Of a stretch of 64,000 nucleotides of DNA, positions 8,908 through 19,041 are shown in pieces; within the stretch, counting starts at the first letter, position 1; each line of letters begins with the position of its first letter. The position numbers and the translations under genes are program-made. The notes beneath the pieces are model-generated. The model did not search any database. It saw only the letters and a list, made by a program, of their open reading frames with translations, and was not told the origin of the DNA. Source of the DNA: a virus (lineage: Duplodnaviria; Caudoviricetes); IMG/VR virus record IMGVR_UViG_3300032226_000551, positions 32,001-96,000 of that record. One strand, written 5' to 3'.

Positions 8908-9430
8908 AACTATCTATAATAGCATCAATTAAAATTTCTTCCACTATTTCGTTAGGTAAAAATGTGTTTGCTCTATTTATAGTTTTGCTGATTTCTTGAT
9001 ATTGCTCAATCAGTCGTTTTTTTATGTTGTTTGCTTCTACATATTGTTCTTTATTCAAAGAACTAAAAGTAGGTTTACTTTGTAATTCAAAAGCTTCTAA
9101 TAGAGGTTCTCCTGAATTTGAAATTATTTCTGATAATCTTTTATAAAATCTACTTAAAGGAGTGAATTGTTTTGATGTAGAAAAACCTTTAAGTTTTTCA
9201 TACAAATAAGATAAAACACATGACTTTTTAGTTTGTTCATGAACTCTATTTAAAAATTCTGGTGATTTAACATGATTTTTACCATAAGGATTGTATATAC
9301 AACCGCTTCCCACATATTTTGAATTACAATATATGCATCTATCAGGAGAATCCATATGAACATGTGTATTGGTGGGAGAAAAAATACATCCCTTTCCATA
9401 AGATTTAGAATCGCAATAAATACATTTCAT
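8888..9430 (-). CDS. Hypothetical protein with two tandem Cys/His zinc-binding-like repeats
   Basis: CIYCDSKSYGKGCIFSPTNTH and CIYCNSKYVGSGCIYNPYGKNH. Confidence 0.7.
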   Translation of the reverse strand: MKCIYCDSKSYGKGCIFSPTNTHVHMDSPDRCIYCNSKYVGSGCIYNPYGKNHVKSPEFLNRVHEQTKKSCVLSYLYEKLKGFSTSKQFTPLSRFYKRLSEIISNSGEPLLEAFELQSKPTFSSLNKEQYVEANNIKKRLIEQYQEISKTINRANTFLPNEIVEEILIDAIIDSCERKKS

Positions 9431-9431
9431 A

Positions 9432-9872
9432 TTATATAATTACTTTATTTTTAAAATTATCCAACTCTTGTTTAGGTGCATTTCCGATTCTTACATTTAT
9501 TATACCGTTGTAAAAATCATTTCTTAAAAGAACATCATTTTCAATTTGTTCTTTTATTTCATAATAAGCCAATGCCCACTTTGAACCACATGTTCTTATA
9601 ATTTCAAATTTAAAATTTTCTTTTCCATACTTTTTAATATCATCATTCAATTCATTAGATGAACTAGTATATGTTTTCCAATCTGATTCTTTAAAACATA
9701 TACGTTTTCTGGTTTTACCTTTCAGTGGTTGTCTTTTAATTTTTGAAATACATTGTTTCTTACCTATATATTTTTTATTTGTTAAATTGTTTGTTATCAA
9801 ATATAGAAATCCAAAGGTTTCTTCATTTATATTAACATTTTCTCGTAAAATCCAATGCCCTATATCATTCAT
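9432..9872 (-). CDS. GIY-YIG nuclease, T4 endonuclease II (DenA)-like
   Basis: FGFLYLITN...KYIGKK, ESDWKTYTSSS, GKENFKFEI, FYNGII; single-domain size. Confidence 0.75.
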   Translation of the reverse strand: MNDIGHWILRENVNINEETFGFLYLITNNLTNKKYIGKKQCISKIKRQPLKGKTRKRICFKESDWKTYTSSSNELNDDIKKYGKENFKFEIIRTCGSKWALAYYEIKEQIENDVLLRNDFYNGIINVRIGNAPKQELDNFKNKVII

Positions 9873-10099
9873 TTATTTTTATTTTTCTTATTTTTCTTAG
9901 TTAAAAGTTCAGGAAATTTTCTTTTTATAACTTTTTTACCTAACAATTTAGGAGTTCTCATGTCTTTAGTAGCATAATTATCATTATTTTTAATATCAGA
10001 TGGTGGATTATATAAAGGTTCTAATGATTGACCCAATACACCGCTAACTGTATTATTTTCTAATATTTTAATTATAGTTTGTTGAAATTTATTAAACAT
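9869..10099 (-). CDS. Small basic hypothetical protein, putative internal head protein
   Basis: 76 aa; leader MFNKFQQTIIKILEN, basic tail. Confidence 0.6.
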   Translation of the reverse strand: MFNKFQQTIIKILENNTVSGVLGQSLEPLYNPPSDIKNNDNYATKDMRTPKLLGKKVIKRKFPELLTKKNKKNKNK

Positions 10100-10122
10100 A
10101 ATATATAATTTAATTAATACTT

Positions 10123-10521
10123 ATGGATTTTTTTGAAAAATATAGATTAGAAATAAACGAAGATGTTAAAATCGATCAATTAAATTTATTGGAGCGTGAA
10201 ATGCAGCATCCAGCCATACGTCACAAATGGGTTTCTAGGTTAATTCAACATAAAAAAAACAAAACTGAATTAGAAAGAAAGAAAAAAACTTTAAAACAAG
10301 AAGTATTAAAAAATATAACAGAAAAAGGAATTCCAACCGGAATTCCTAAAACTGCTATAGACAATAAAGTAGAATCATCAGAAGTGATTCAAAAAATAAA
10401 TCAAGAAATAGAAGATATTACGTTGTTAATTGATTATTTAGAAAGAGTGGAAAAGGTATTTTCGTCTATGAGTTATGATTTTGGGTCTATTAACAATACT
10501 ATTAAAATGGAAATGACATGA
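10123..10521 (+). CDS. uvsY: Recombination mediator UvsY
   Basis: DVKIDQLNL, RHKW, helical, YLERVEK; upstream of uvsW. Confidence 0.8.
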   Translation: MDFFEKYRLEINEDVKIDQLNLLEREMQHPAIRHKWVSRLIQHKKNKTELERKKKTLKQEVLKNITEKGIPTGIPKTAIDNKVESSEVIQKINQEIEDITLLIDYLERVEKVFSSMSYDFGSINNTIKMEMT

Positions 10522-10537
10522 TTTTTTTATTAAAAAA

Positions 10538-10545
10538 TATAAATA
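10538..10545 (+). promoter_or_regulatory. T4-type late promoter
   Basis: Exact TATAAATA. Confidence 0.7.
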
Positions 10546-10549
10546 TAAA

Positions 10550-10625
10550 GAATAACAAGAGTAAGAATATTTTGGCTGAAAACAAAATATTCGACTGGAA
10601 TAATACAGTTTGTCCTCTTGTATTC
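10550..10625 (+). ncRNA. Putative structured RNA leader (three-way junction) of HNH endonuclease
   Basis: P1 GAATAACAAGAG/CTCTTGTATTC, P2 GAATATTTTG/CAAAATATTC, P3 GACTG/CAGTT. Confidence 0.55.
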
Positions 10626-10634
10626 GGAATAATT

Positions 10635-11276
10635 ATGAAAAATTTAAAAGAAAACAATCAAATTTTATCTTTGGATGAAATAAAAAAACAGAAAAAGAAA
10701 GAATATTTTCAAAAAAACAAAAAAATAATAAACGAAAAGAAAAAACAATATCGTATTAAAAATAGAGATTTACATTTACAGCAATGTAAAAAATATAGAG
10801 AAAAAAACAAAGAACGTTTAAAAGAATATCATAAAAATTATAGAAAAATACATGGTGTATCTATGTATTTGAGAGAACAAAAAAATAAAAAAGAAAACTC
10901 AGATAGAGTTAAAAAATATTATAAAAAATATGTAAAAAAAAGAATTTTAAACGATGTAAATTTTAAAATTTCTTTAACCTTGAGAATATCTATAAACAAG
11001 GCATTACATAATAAAAAAATAATAAAGTCAAAAAAAACATTAGATTTATTGGGATGTTCTTTACAGGTTTTTAAAAAACATATAGAAACACAGTTTAAAG
11101 ACGGTATGTCTTGGGATAATCATGGTAAATTTGGTTGGCACATAGATCATATTAAACCAGTATCTTCATTTAATCTTATAAATGAAGATGAACAAAAAAA
11201 ATGTTTTAATTATAAAAATATGCAATCTTTATGGTGGAACGAAAACCTATCTAAAGGAAACAAAAATATATGGTAA
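10635..11276 (+). mobile_element. Free-standing HNH homing endonuclease
   Basis: K/R/Y-rich N-terminal repeats, LLGCS, MSWDNHG, WHIDHIKP, NMQSLWWNENLSKG; inserted between uvsY and uvsW. Confidence 0.85.
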
Positions 11277-12691
11277 AAATAGAATATTCTGGTAAATCTA
11301 AACAACAATTACAATTGAATTGTAATACTATTGTTTTGAACAGAATAAGAGAATATTTTTCCGCTCCAAATCCTGCTTTTAGAAGAAATTCAAGATTCTC
11401 ACAGCCTAGAATCTATGCCATCACACCATCAGGTAAATTTGAGTCTGGTTTATTGAATAATATCATATTATATTTTGATGTTAATCAAATTAAGTTTGAA
11501 ATCAACGATGATGTGTTAAAAGATCACAAAAACGGTTTCTCCTCCCCCAAATTAAAGAAATTCGATTTGGTTTACAGAGATCATCAAGAAAAATCTATAA
11601 TCAAATCACTAGAATCTGGAAAAGGTGTTGTAATAATTCCAACAGCAGGTGGTAAAACATTAATAATGGCTGGTTTGATAGAATCATTAAGAGAAAATCT
11701 TAATGATAATGATGCTTTAACATTGGTTATGGTTCCCACTATTCAATTGGTAGAGCAAACTTGTTCTGATTTCATATCATATGGAATGAACAAAGTAACA
11801 AAATGGTCCGGTAATAACAAACCAGATCCAGATGCAACTACAATAGTGGCAGGTACTCAAATATTGATGTCTGATAATACAGATTTGTCTATTTTAGATG
11901 ATGTCAAAATACTAATGATAGATGAATGTCATGGATTAAAAAAGGACAACGAAATAAATAAAATTTTAAAATTTATAAAAACCAATTTTAAATATGGTTT
12001 TACCGGAACGATGCCATCTACAAAGATTGATGAATGGAATATCATCGGAAAACTTGGTCCAATAGTATATCAAGAAAAAACAGAAGATTTAAGAAATAAA
12101 AAGTATATATCAAATTTTAAAATAGTTATCTTGAATGTTATTCATAAAAATATACCTACATTTTCTTTAAATTTTAGTAAACCCGCAGAAGCATATCAAA
12201 GTGAAATGGACTTTCTTCTACAATCAGAAAGAAGAAATGAAATTATTTGTAAATTAGCGGATAAATTAACTAATAATACGATTATAATGGTTGATAGAAT
12301 AGATCATGGAATCAATATTATTGATATTTTAAGTAAAATAACAAAAAAACAATTCTATTTCATTAGAGGGTCTACCGAAATAGAGGAAAGAGAACAAATA
12401 AGATCATTGATGGACGTAAAAAATGATGTTATAGTTGTAGCTATATCTAAAATTTTTAGTACTGGTATAAATATACCCAATTTACACAATATAATTTTTG
12501 CATCTGCTGGAAAAGCCAAAATCAAAATAATGCAATCAATAGGTAGAGCATTGAGATTACATCCAACTAAAACCATGGCAAATATATTCGATATTTCGGA
12601 TAATACCAAATATGGAAAAAAGCATGTAAAAGAAAGAAAGAACCTTTACGATTCGGAGAAATTTAATTATGAAGAAAAAACTATACAATGA
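11270..12691 (+). CDS. uvsW: DNA/RNA-DNA helicase UvsW
   Basis: PTAGGKT, IDECH, GFTGT, STGINIPNLHN, QSIGRALR. Confidence 0.95.
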   Translation: MVKIEYSGKSKQQLQLNCNTIVLNRIREYFSAPNPAFRRNSRFSQPRIYAITPSGKFESGLLNNIILYFDVNQIKFEINDDVLKDHKNGFSSPKLKKFDLVYRDHQEKSIIKSLESGKGVVIIPTAGGKTLIMAGLIESLRENLNDNDALTLVMVPTIQLVEQTCSDFISYGMNKVTKWSGNNKPDPDATTIVAGTQILMSDNTDLSILDDVKILMIDECHGLKKDNEINKILKFIKTNFKYGFTGTMPSTKIDEWNIIGKLGPIVYQEKTEDLRNKKYISNFKIVILNVIHKNIPTFSLNFSKPAEAYQSEMDFLLQSERRNEIICKLADKLTNNTIIMVDRIDHGINIIDILSKITKKQFYFIRGSTEIEEREQIRSLMDVKNDVIVVAISKIFSTGINIPNLHNIIFASAGKAKIKIMQSIGRALRLHPTKTMANIFDISDNTKYGKKHVKERKNLYDSEKFNYEEKTIQ

Positions 12692-13271
12692 AGAAGATTT
12701 AATAGATGATTTAGAAGATGATTTAGAAGAAGAAATCGTTTTGGATGAAAGTGAATCCGAAGATATTGATTCTGATGAAGAAATTTCTGATGAAATTTTA
12801 CTGGATGATGATATCATATCTTTAGATGATGTCATTAAACCAAAAAGAAGAAAAAGAGGAGCGAAAAAAGAAGAATTTTACGTTGAACCGAAAAAATTTG
12901 ACGAAGAGATTTTAAATTATTATGATACTGGTGTTCTAACAAATGAATTAGCCGATATGGTTAGTAAAATAGCTCATAAATTAAGTTATGCTTCAAATTT
13001 TATAAATTACACATATCGTGAAGATATGGTTGGTGATGCTTTAATTAGAATGTTTAAGGCATTGATGTCAAAAAAATATGATAGAGTAAAGGGAACAAAT
13101 CCTTTCTCATATTTTACCAGAATTGCATTTAATGCTTTTAGAAACAGAATCAAAAAAGAAAAACATATCAATGAAACACATTTAAAATACCAAGAAGAGA
13201 TTATGTTTATGTCCGAAAATCAAAGTCTTTATAAAAACAAAAAAAATATATACGGTAATGATCAAAAATAA
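12669..13271 (+). CDS. gp55: Late transcription sigma factor gp55 with acidic N-terminal extension
   Basis: NFINYTYREDMVGDA, NPFSYFTRIAFNAFRNRIKKEK; between uvsW and gp47. Confidence 0.9.
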   Translation: MKKKLYNEEDLIDDLEDDLEEEIVLDESESEDIDSDEEISDEILLDDDIISLDDVIKPKRRKRGAKKEEFYVEPKKFDEEILNYYDTGVLTNELADMVSKIAHKLSYASNFINYTYREDMVGDALIRMFKALMSKKYDRVKGTNPFSYFTRIAFNAFRNRIKKEKHINETHLKYQEEIMFMSENQSLYKNKKNIYGNDQK

Positions 13272-14295
13272 TAAAGTTGGATTATTCACAGATATTCACA
13301 TTGGTTTGTTTCAAGATAGTCCTGTTTGGCATGATATAGTTTTAAACTTTGCTAAATGGTCTGCTAATGAGTTTTTAAACAAGGGAATTGATGACATTAT
13401 TATATGCGGAGACATATTTCACAACAGGTCAGAAATATCGGTGGCAACATTGGACATAGCTAAGAGATTTTTTGATTATTTTAAAGATTTTCAAATATAC
13501 ATATTGGCAGGAAATCATGATAGTTATTTTAAAGATAACAGTACGGTAAATTCAATATCGATTTTTGATGGTTGGAATAACATAAAAATAGTAGATAAAG
13601 AACCGAAACAAATAAAACTCAAAGATAAAACCGCCGCATTGGTTCCTTGGGGTACAACATATCAAGATATACCAAACAGTGATATAATTTTTGGACATTT
13701 TGAGATTTCATCGTTTTACATGAATACATATAAAGTATGTGAACATGGAATGCAGTCGAGTGATCTGTTTAAGAAGTCCAAAACTATTGTATCTGGACAT
13801 TTTCACAAAAAAGATCATCGCAAATATGAAAACGGTGAAATAGTTTATTTGGGAAGTCCATATCAGCAGAATTTTGGAGATACGATGGATCAACGTGGAA
13901 TCTATATCTATGATATAGACAATAATGAATTTGAATTTATTGAAAATGATATATCACCAAAATATTTTAAACTATCTGTTAGTAAAATATTGAGTAATTC
14001 GGATGATATTAAAAATAAAATAGAAAATAACCATGTTAGCTTGGTTGTAGATTGTGAAATAGACTACGAAAACCTCAATTTACTAAGCTCAAAGCTTCAA
14101 AAACACTCGCCAGTAAATTTTAGAATAGATTATCAAGATGTAGAAACAAAAAATGACACCAAAATAGTGGAAAAAAATTTAGAATTTGTTAATATATTAG
14201 ATGATATGGAATTTTATATCAATAATATTGATATAAAAAATAAAAAAGAAGTTTTAGAATATATAAAGGAAATTTACACTCTCAAAAATACATGA
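13258..14295 (+). CDS. gp47: Recombination endonuclease subunit gp47 (Mre11/SbcD-like)
   Basis: DIHIG, CGDIFH, AGNHD, SGHFH, YLGSPYQ. Confidence 0.95.
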   Translation: MIKNNKVGLFTDIHIGLFQDSPVWHDIVLNFAKWSANEFLNKGIDDIIICGDIFHNRSEISVATLDIAKRFFDYFKDFQIYILAGNHDSYFKDNSTVNSISIFDGWNNIKIVDKEPKQIKLKDKTAALVPWGTTYQDIPNSDIIFGHFEISSFYMNTYKVCEHGMQSSDLFKKSKTIVSGHFHKKDHRKYENGEIVYLGSPYQQNFGDTMDQRGIYIYDIDNNEFEFIENDISPKYFKLSVSKILSNSDDIKNKIENNHVSLVVDCEIDYENLNLLSSKLQKHSPVNFRIDYQDVETKNDTKIVEKNLEFVNILDDMEFYINNIDIKNKKEVLEYIKEIYTLKNT

Positions 14296-15077
14296 ACAAT
14301 AACGAAATAGGAATAGGAATAATTGATGTTTATTCGGATGAAGATTTACAAAATTGTATTTCTTCTATACCACAAGAATTTAAAGATAATATTGTAACAG
14401 TTTCAAATAAACGGAAACCTTCAATAGTTTGTAATAGACACTATTCTAATGATATACCATTTGCTACACTTAGAAATTATCTATTAACACAATTAAGAAT
14501 CAAAGGATTTAAATATTATTTTATTTTAAATTCAAATATTAAAATAAAAAATCCTGATATATTCAATAATACAATAAAACTTGCCAATACCTTTGGCACT
14601 TGGTTTATTACAGGACATGGCGATAAAAATGTAACACTAGAAGACGATTCAAACAACTTGTCTTTGAATATTAGTCCAACATTGAATACAAATTTTATAT
14701 TTTTATACTCTGGTATAATTAAAAATTTTGGTTTCTTTGACGAAAGATTTTTTGATACAAAAGATTTGGATGTTTTAGATTATATATTAAAACTTAGAAG
14801 AAAAGAAGTATATCCCCCGAATCATTATAACCCAACAATCGATTCTTCTGATGTTGAAGAATCTTCATCCGAAATCGAAAAAATAAATTTTAAAGATTTT
14901 AGCACAATTCAAAAAAATAATGGAAATATGCAAAAATCATTGGAAATGACTTTTGCATATTTCTATCATGAACACAAATATATACCAAATCAAAATGATC
15001 CAGTTGGTGTAACTCAAGATGAATTGTTTAAATTCATGGAAAAATTACAAGCGCAATATGGAAACAGTCAAAAATAA
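14292..15077 (+). CDS. Degenerate GT-A/GT2-like protein
   Basis: IGIGII start and GFFDERF align with the next two GT2 genes, but FILNSN replaces the acidic EDD motif. Confidence 0.55.
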   Translation: MNNNEIGIGIIDVYSDEDLQNCISSIPQEFKDNIVTVSNKRKPSIVCNRHYSNDIPFATLRNYLLTQLRIKGFKYYFILNSNIKIKNPDIFNNTIKLANTFGTWFITGHGDKNVTLEDDSNNLSLNISPTLNTNFIFLYSGIIKNFGFFDERFFDTKDLDVLDYILKLRRKEVYPPNHYNPTIDSSDVEESSSEIEKINFKDFSTIQKNNGNMQKSLEMTFAYFYHEHKYIPNQNDPVGVTQDELFKFMEKLQAQYGNSQK

Positions 15078-15882
15078 AATTGGTTGCGCTTTAATAACCT
15101 GTGACAGATTGGATTTTTATAAAAAATCCTGTGGTTCTTTGTTAAACTCTATTAAAGATAAAAACATAGAGTGTGTTGTAGTAAACGATGGTATCGAGAA
15201 AATAAAAGAATGTGAATGTTCTTATATAGAAACTACTGGAAAGTGTGGTGTTTCTGTTGCTAAAAATAAAGGATTGGATTTTTTAATTAAAAGCGGATGC
15301 GAACATATATTCTTAATGGAAGACGATATTCAAATTACAAATGGAGAAGTTTTCCAAGCATACATTGATGCATCCAAAAAAACCGGAATAAAACATTTTA
15401 ACTATGCCTTACATGGTAATCACAATTTAAACCGCTTTGGAGAACCAGATATAAGAAAAACTGTAAAATACCCAAACGGAATAGAGGTTGATCTATATAG
15501 TAATGTTTTGGGAGCATTTAGTTATTATCATATCGATGTATTAAACGGTATAGGACTATTTGATGAAGGCTATTATAACGCAATGGAGCATGTTAAGCAT
15601 ACCTATGATGCATCATTAAAGGGTTATACTACGCCTTGGAGATGGTTTGTTGATATACATAATTCATCCACTTATTTGAAAGACATTGTACCCGATCATC
15701 AGCAATCTAAAATAAGAAACGATTCAGATTTTCAAAATACTTTTAAAAAAGGTTTGGATAGGTTTATCGAACAAACCGGATTTAGTGTGGTGCATGGATA
15801 TGGTAAATCGGAACCAATTATATCAGAAGAAGAATGTTTAAAGAATTTAAGAGAAATATGGAAAAAATATCATCAGGAATAG
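15058..15882 (+). CDS. Glycosyltransferase family 2
   Basis: IGCALITCDR, VVVNDG, GVSVAKN, HIFLMEDD, GLFDEGY. Confidence 0.85.
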   Translation: METVKNKIGCALITCDRLDFYKKSCGSLLNSIKDKNIECVVVNDGIEKIKECECSYIETTGKCGVSVAKNKGLDFLIKSGCEHIFLMEDDIQITNGEVFQAYIDASKKTGIKHFNYALHGNHNLNRFGEPDIRKTVKYPNGIEVDLYSNVLGAFSYYHIDVLNGIGLFDEGYYNAMEHVKHTYDASLKGYTTPWRWFVDIHNSSTYLKDIVPDHQQSKIRNDSDFQNTFKKGLDRFIEQTGFSVVHGYGKSEPIISEEECLKNLREIWKKYHQE

Positions 15883-17336
15883 GTGTTGCAATTATAACAT
15901 ATAATAGACCCGACTATTATAAAAGGGTATTAGAATCGATACCTAGAAATATGATAGACTTCTTGGTTGTTGTGAATGACGGTTACGACATTTATACAAA
16001 AGATAACGATGCGGAAATTGTAATTCAAACTAACAAGCAAATGGGTGTTGCTGTTTCAAAGAACTATGCAATCAAAGTGTTGGTGGAGAAATTTAATTGC
16101 GAGCATATCTTCTTAATAGAAGACGATATCATAATAAAAAGACCTGATGTGTTTGAAGCATATATAAAAGCTGCAAATTCAACAGGGATTCATCATTTGT
16201 GTTATGAAAAGGTTGCAGGAAACGAAAAGTCCTTGAAATATACATTAGAACAACCGGATGGTGTTAAATTGGGCTTTTATCACAATCCTCAAGGTGCTTT
16301 TATGTATGTAAATGCGAATATTCTTAAAAAAATAGGATATTTTGATGAAAATTATGTAAATGCGTTTGAACATATAGATTTTGCTTATTCTTTGATACAA
16401 AAAAACGTAGCTCCCCCATTTTGGTATTTTCCTGATCTGCTAAACAGTGAAGATTATATAACAGATATAGAAGGAAGTAATCAAAATTCATCAATAACCA
16501 ATAAAGAGGGATATAATCATAATTGGCAAAGATCCGCTCAATATTTTATAAAAAAATGGGGGAAATTTACAAACGAAATTATAGATGAAGGTATAGATAA
16601 TTTAAAAAACAATATAATTTTCTTACAAACAAATTATAGCAGGAAGAAAAATGTCAATAAGAATCAAAAATTGACCATTGTTGTTCCATATAGAGATAGA
16701 AAGGTAGCATTGGATATATTAATACCGAATTTGATAGGTTATGTTGGAAAACAAGTGGAAAATTATGAAATTATCGTTGTAGAACAAGATGATAACAACC
16801 CTTTTAATAAAGGAAAATTGAACAATATAGGATTTAAACTTAAATCGGAAGATTCTACGTATGTATGTTTTCATGACGTAGACTTAATTCCTGAATTTTC
16901 TGATTATAGTTATCCAGAAAGACCATCACATTTAAGTAGTCATTGTAGCCAGTTTGCATACATTAATATACCAGACAAAATAATGGGGGGTGTAATAACG
17001 TTTAAAAATGAACATTACGAACAAGTAAACGGTTTTAGTAATGAATATGAAGGATGGGGAAAAGAAGACGATGATTTATATTTAAGATGCGAAAGAGATA
17101 ATATAATACCATATAAACATCCATTTGGTAGATATTTTAGCGTTCCGCACAAGTTGAGACTGTCGGACGATAATGAAAAGGAAATGCATAAAATAAATGG
17201 TAAAAGATATACAGAATTTTCAGAAGGAAAAATTGATATAAAAAATGATGGAATAAATACAATATCGAATTATAAAATAAATGAGGTGATTAATATAAAT
17301 CCATTTACAAAACATTATAAAATTAAATATGCATAA
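15858..17336 (+). CDS. GT2 fused to GT7 (beta-1,4-galactosyltransferase-like) domain
   Basis: N-domain ITYNR/HIFLIEDD; C-domain VPYRDR, FNKGKLNNIG, FHDVD, NGFSNEYEGWGKEDDD. Confidence 0.85.
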   Translation: MEKISSGIGVAIITYNRPDYYKRVLESIPRNMIDFLVVVNDGYDIYTKDNDAEIVIQTNKQMGVAVSKNYAIKVLVEKFNCEHIFLIEDDIIIKRPDVFEAYIKAANSTGIHHLCYEKVAGNEKSLKYTLEQPDGVKLGFYHNPQGAFMYVNANILKKIGYFDENYVNAFEHIDFAYSLIQKNVAPPFWYFPDLLNSEDYITDIEGSNQNSSITNKEGYNHNWQRSAQYFIKKWGKFTNEIIDEGIDNLKNNIIFLQTNYSRKKNVNKNQKLTIVVPYRDRKVALDILIPNLIGYVGKQVENYEIIVVEQDDNNPFNKGKLNNIGFKLKSEDSTYVCFHDVDLIPEFSDYSYPERPSHLSSHCSQFAYINIPDKIMGGVITFKNEHYEQVNGFSNEYEGWGKEDDDLYLRCERDNIIPYKHPFGRYFSVPHKLRLSDDNEKEMHKINGKRYTEFSEGKIDIKNDGINTISNYKINEVININPFTKHYKIKYA

Positions 17337-17413
17337 AAAATACAATTTCACTATAGATTATTCGATTAAAGATGTTAATTTTGATAAATGAATAATGTTT
17401 TTTTAAAAGATAT

Positions 17414-18964
17414 ATGACAACTAAAATTTTAATTAAATTTCCAACCAGAGAAAGACCTGAAAAATTCTTTCAAGTATTGAACCTATATTATCAAAAATCA
17501 AAAGATATCAATAATATAGAATTTTTAATATCATGTGACTCGGATGATTCTACCATGAATAATCCAGTAGTAATTAAAAAACTGGAAAATGCTAAAAAAC
17601 ACATCAATTTAAATTATTATTTTGGAAATAGTAAAAGTAAAGTTGAGGCTATCAATTCTGATATTGAAAAAATTAAAAATTGGGACATACTATTATTAGC
17701 TTCCGACGACATGATACCAGTTTGTGATGAATATGATCAAATTATAAGAGATGATATGCTCACATATTATAAAAATGGCGATGGAGTTCTTTGGTATAAT
17801 GATGGTAATAGAAATGACCTTATTACGCTGTGTATTTTTGATAAAAAATATTATGAAAAATTTAATTATATATATAATCCGGAATATACTAGCCTGTGGT
17901 GTGATAATGAATTTACCGATGTTTGTTTATTTTTAAAAAAATGTACAAAAATAAATAAAACTATAATAGAACATGCTCATCCCGCTTATCAAAAAGCAAA
18001 TTTTGATAAATTATATGTTAAAAATGAATCTTTTTTTAAAAAAGACGAAGATATTTATAATAAAAGAAAAATTAAAAATTTTGATTTGTGCATAGATATA
18101 TGCACAGTCGCAGATTCAAAATATTTTCTTCAGGGATTAACATTATTTGAATCTATAAAACAAAAATCATCAATATCTTTCAAGTTTCATTTTTTGTGTA
18201 TAAATGAAGAAGATTACTTAAAACATAAAGACAAATATGAAAATATTATATTTTATAATGCTAAAGATTTTTTAGATAAAAGTAAATTATTATATAATCA
18301 TTACATAAATGATTATAGATATTTTTGTTGGTCATTAGCTTCATTTTTTTCATATTTTTTATTGAAATATGAAAATAAAAATAGTGTAATTTATATAGAT
18401 AGTGATATATGTTTTTATAAAGACATTAAAATTTTATATGAAAAAATAAAAAATAAAGATTGTGCTATATTTAGACATAGACAATTTTCTTTAAATGAAA
18501 ATAGAATGGATGGATTGTTTAATGTTGGTGTTGTTTATTTCAACAACACACCAAACGGCGTTAATGTACTCGGTTGGTGGGCAGATGCTGTTTTAAATAA
18601 AAAATACCCGCATTTAGCTACATGCGGGGATCAGAAATATCTGGAAGCATTTCCTCAAATAGTAGGAGAAGATAATATTTTTATTGATGGTGATATAGGT
18701 CACGGAGCACCGTGGATGTGGCAATTATATGATTTATCAAAAATTAATGATGGTTACATAACTTGGAATGGCGAAAAACAAGAATATTATTTTAGTCATT
18801 TTTCTCAATTTAGTTATGATATAGAAAATAATAAATTTAAACATAGTACATTACACGAACCATATACTAATAATAATCAAATTTTTACTAATCCAGTTTT
18901 AGATCAGCATTATAAAGAATATTTTAACATCATTAAACAAACTAAAAATAAATACAATTTATGA
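17414..18964 (+). CDS. Two-domain glycosyltransferase (GT2-like + GT8/GT77-like)
   Basis: KFPTRER, LLASDDMIP, SLWCDNE; second domain YIDSDI, FNVGVVYF, GDQKYL, FSHFS. Confidence 0.75.
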   Translation: MTTKILIKFPTRERPEKFFQVLNLYYQKSKDINNIEFLISCDSDDSTMNNPVVIKKLENAKKHINLNYYFGNSKSKVEAINSDIEKIKNWDILLLASDDMIPVCDEYDQIIRDDMLTYYKNGDGVLWYNDGNRNDLITLCIFDKKYYEKFNYIYNPEYTSLWCDNEFTDVCLFLKKCTKINKTIIEHAHPAYQKANFDKLYVKNESFFKKDEDIYNKRKIKNFDLCIDICTVADSKYFLQGLTLFESIKQKSSISFKFHFLCINEEDYLKHKDKYENIIFYNAKDFLDKSKLLYNHYINDYRYFCWSLASFFSYFLLKYENKNSVIYIDSDICFYKDIKILYEKIKNKDCAIFRHRQFSLNENRMDGLFNVGVVYFNNTPNGVNVLGWWADAVLNKKYPHLATCGDQKYLEAFPQIVGEDNIFIDGDIGHGAPWMWQLYDLSKINDGYITWNGEKQEYYFSHFSQFSYDIENNKFKHSTLHEPYTNNNQIFTNPVLDQHYKEYFNIIKQTKNKYNL

Positions 18965-19041
18965 ACACATTTAATAATGAAATTATTGATAATTCAAGCC
19001 CTCGACTATATCAATGCTTTTGTACAAAATAACAAAAAAAT

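Noticed and set aside
10518-11276. Group I intron or hammerhead/twister ribozyme around the HNH gene
   Set aside because: uvsY and uvsW are both intact so nothing is interrupted; no P7-type intron core seen; junctions lack the CUGANGA/GAAA hammerhead core
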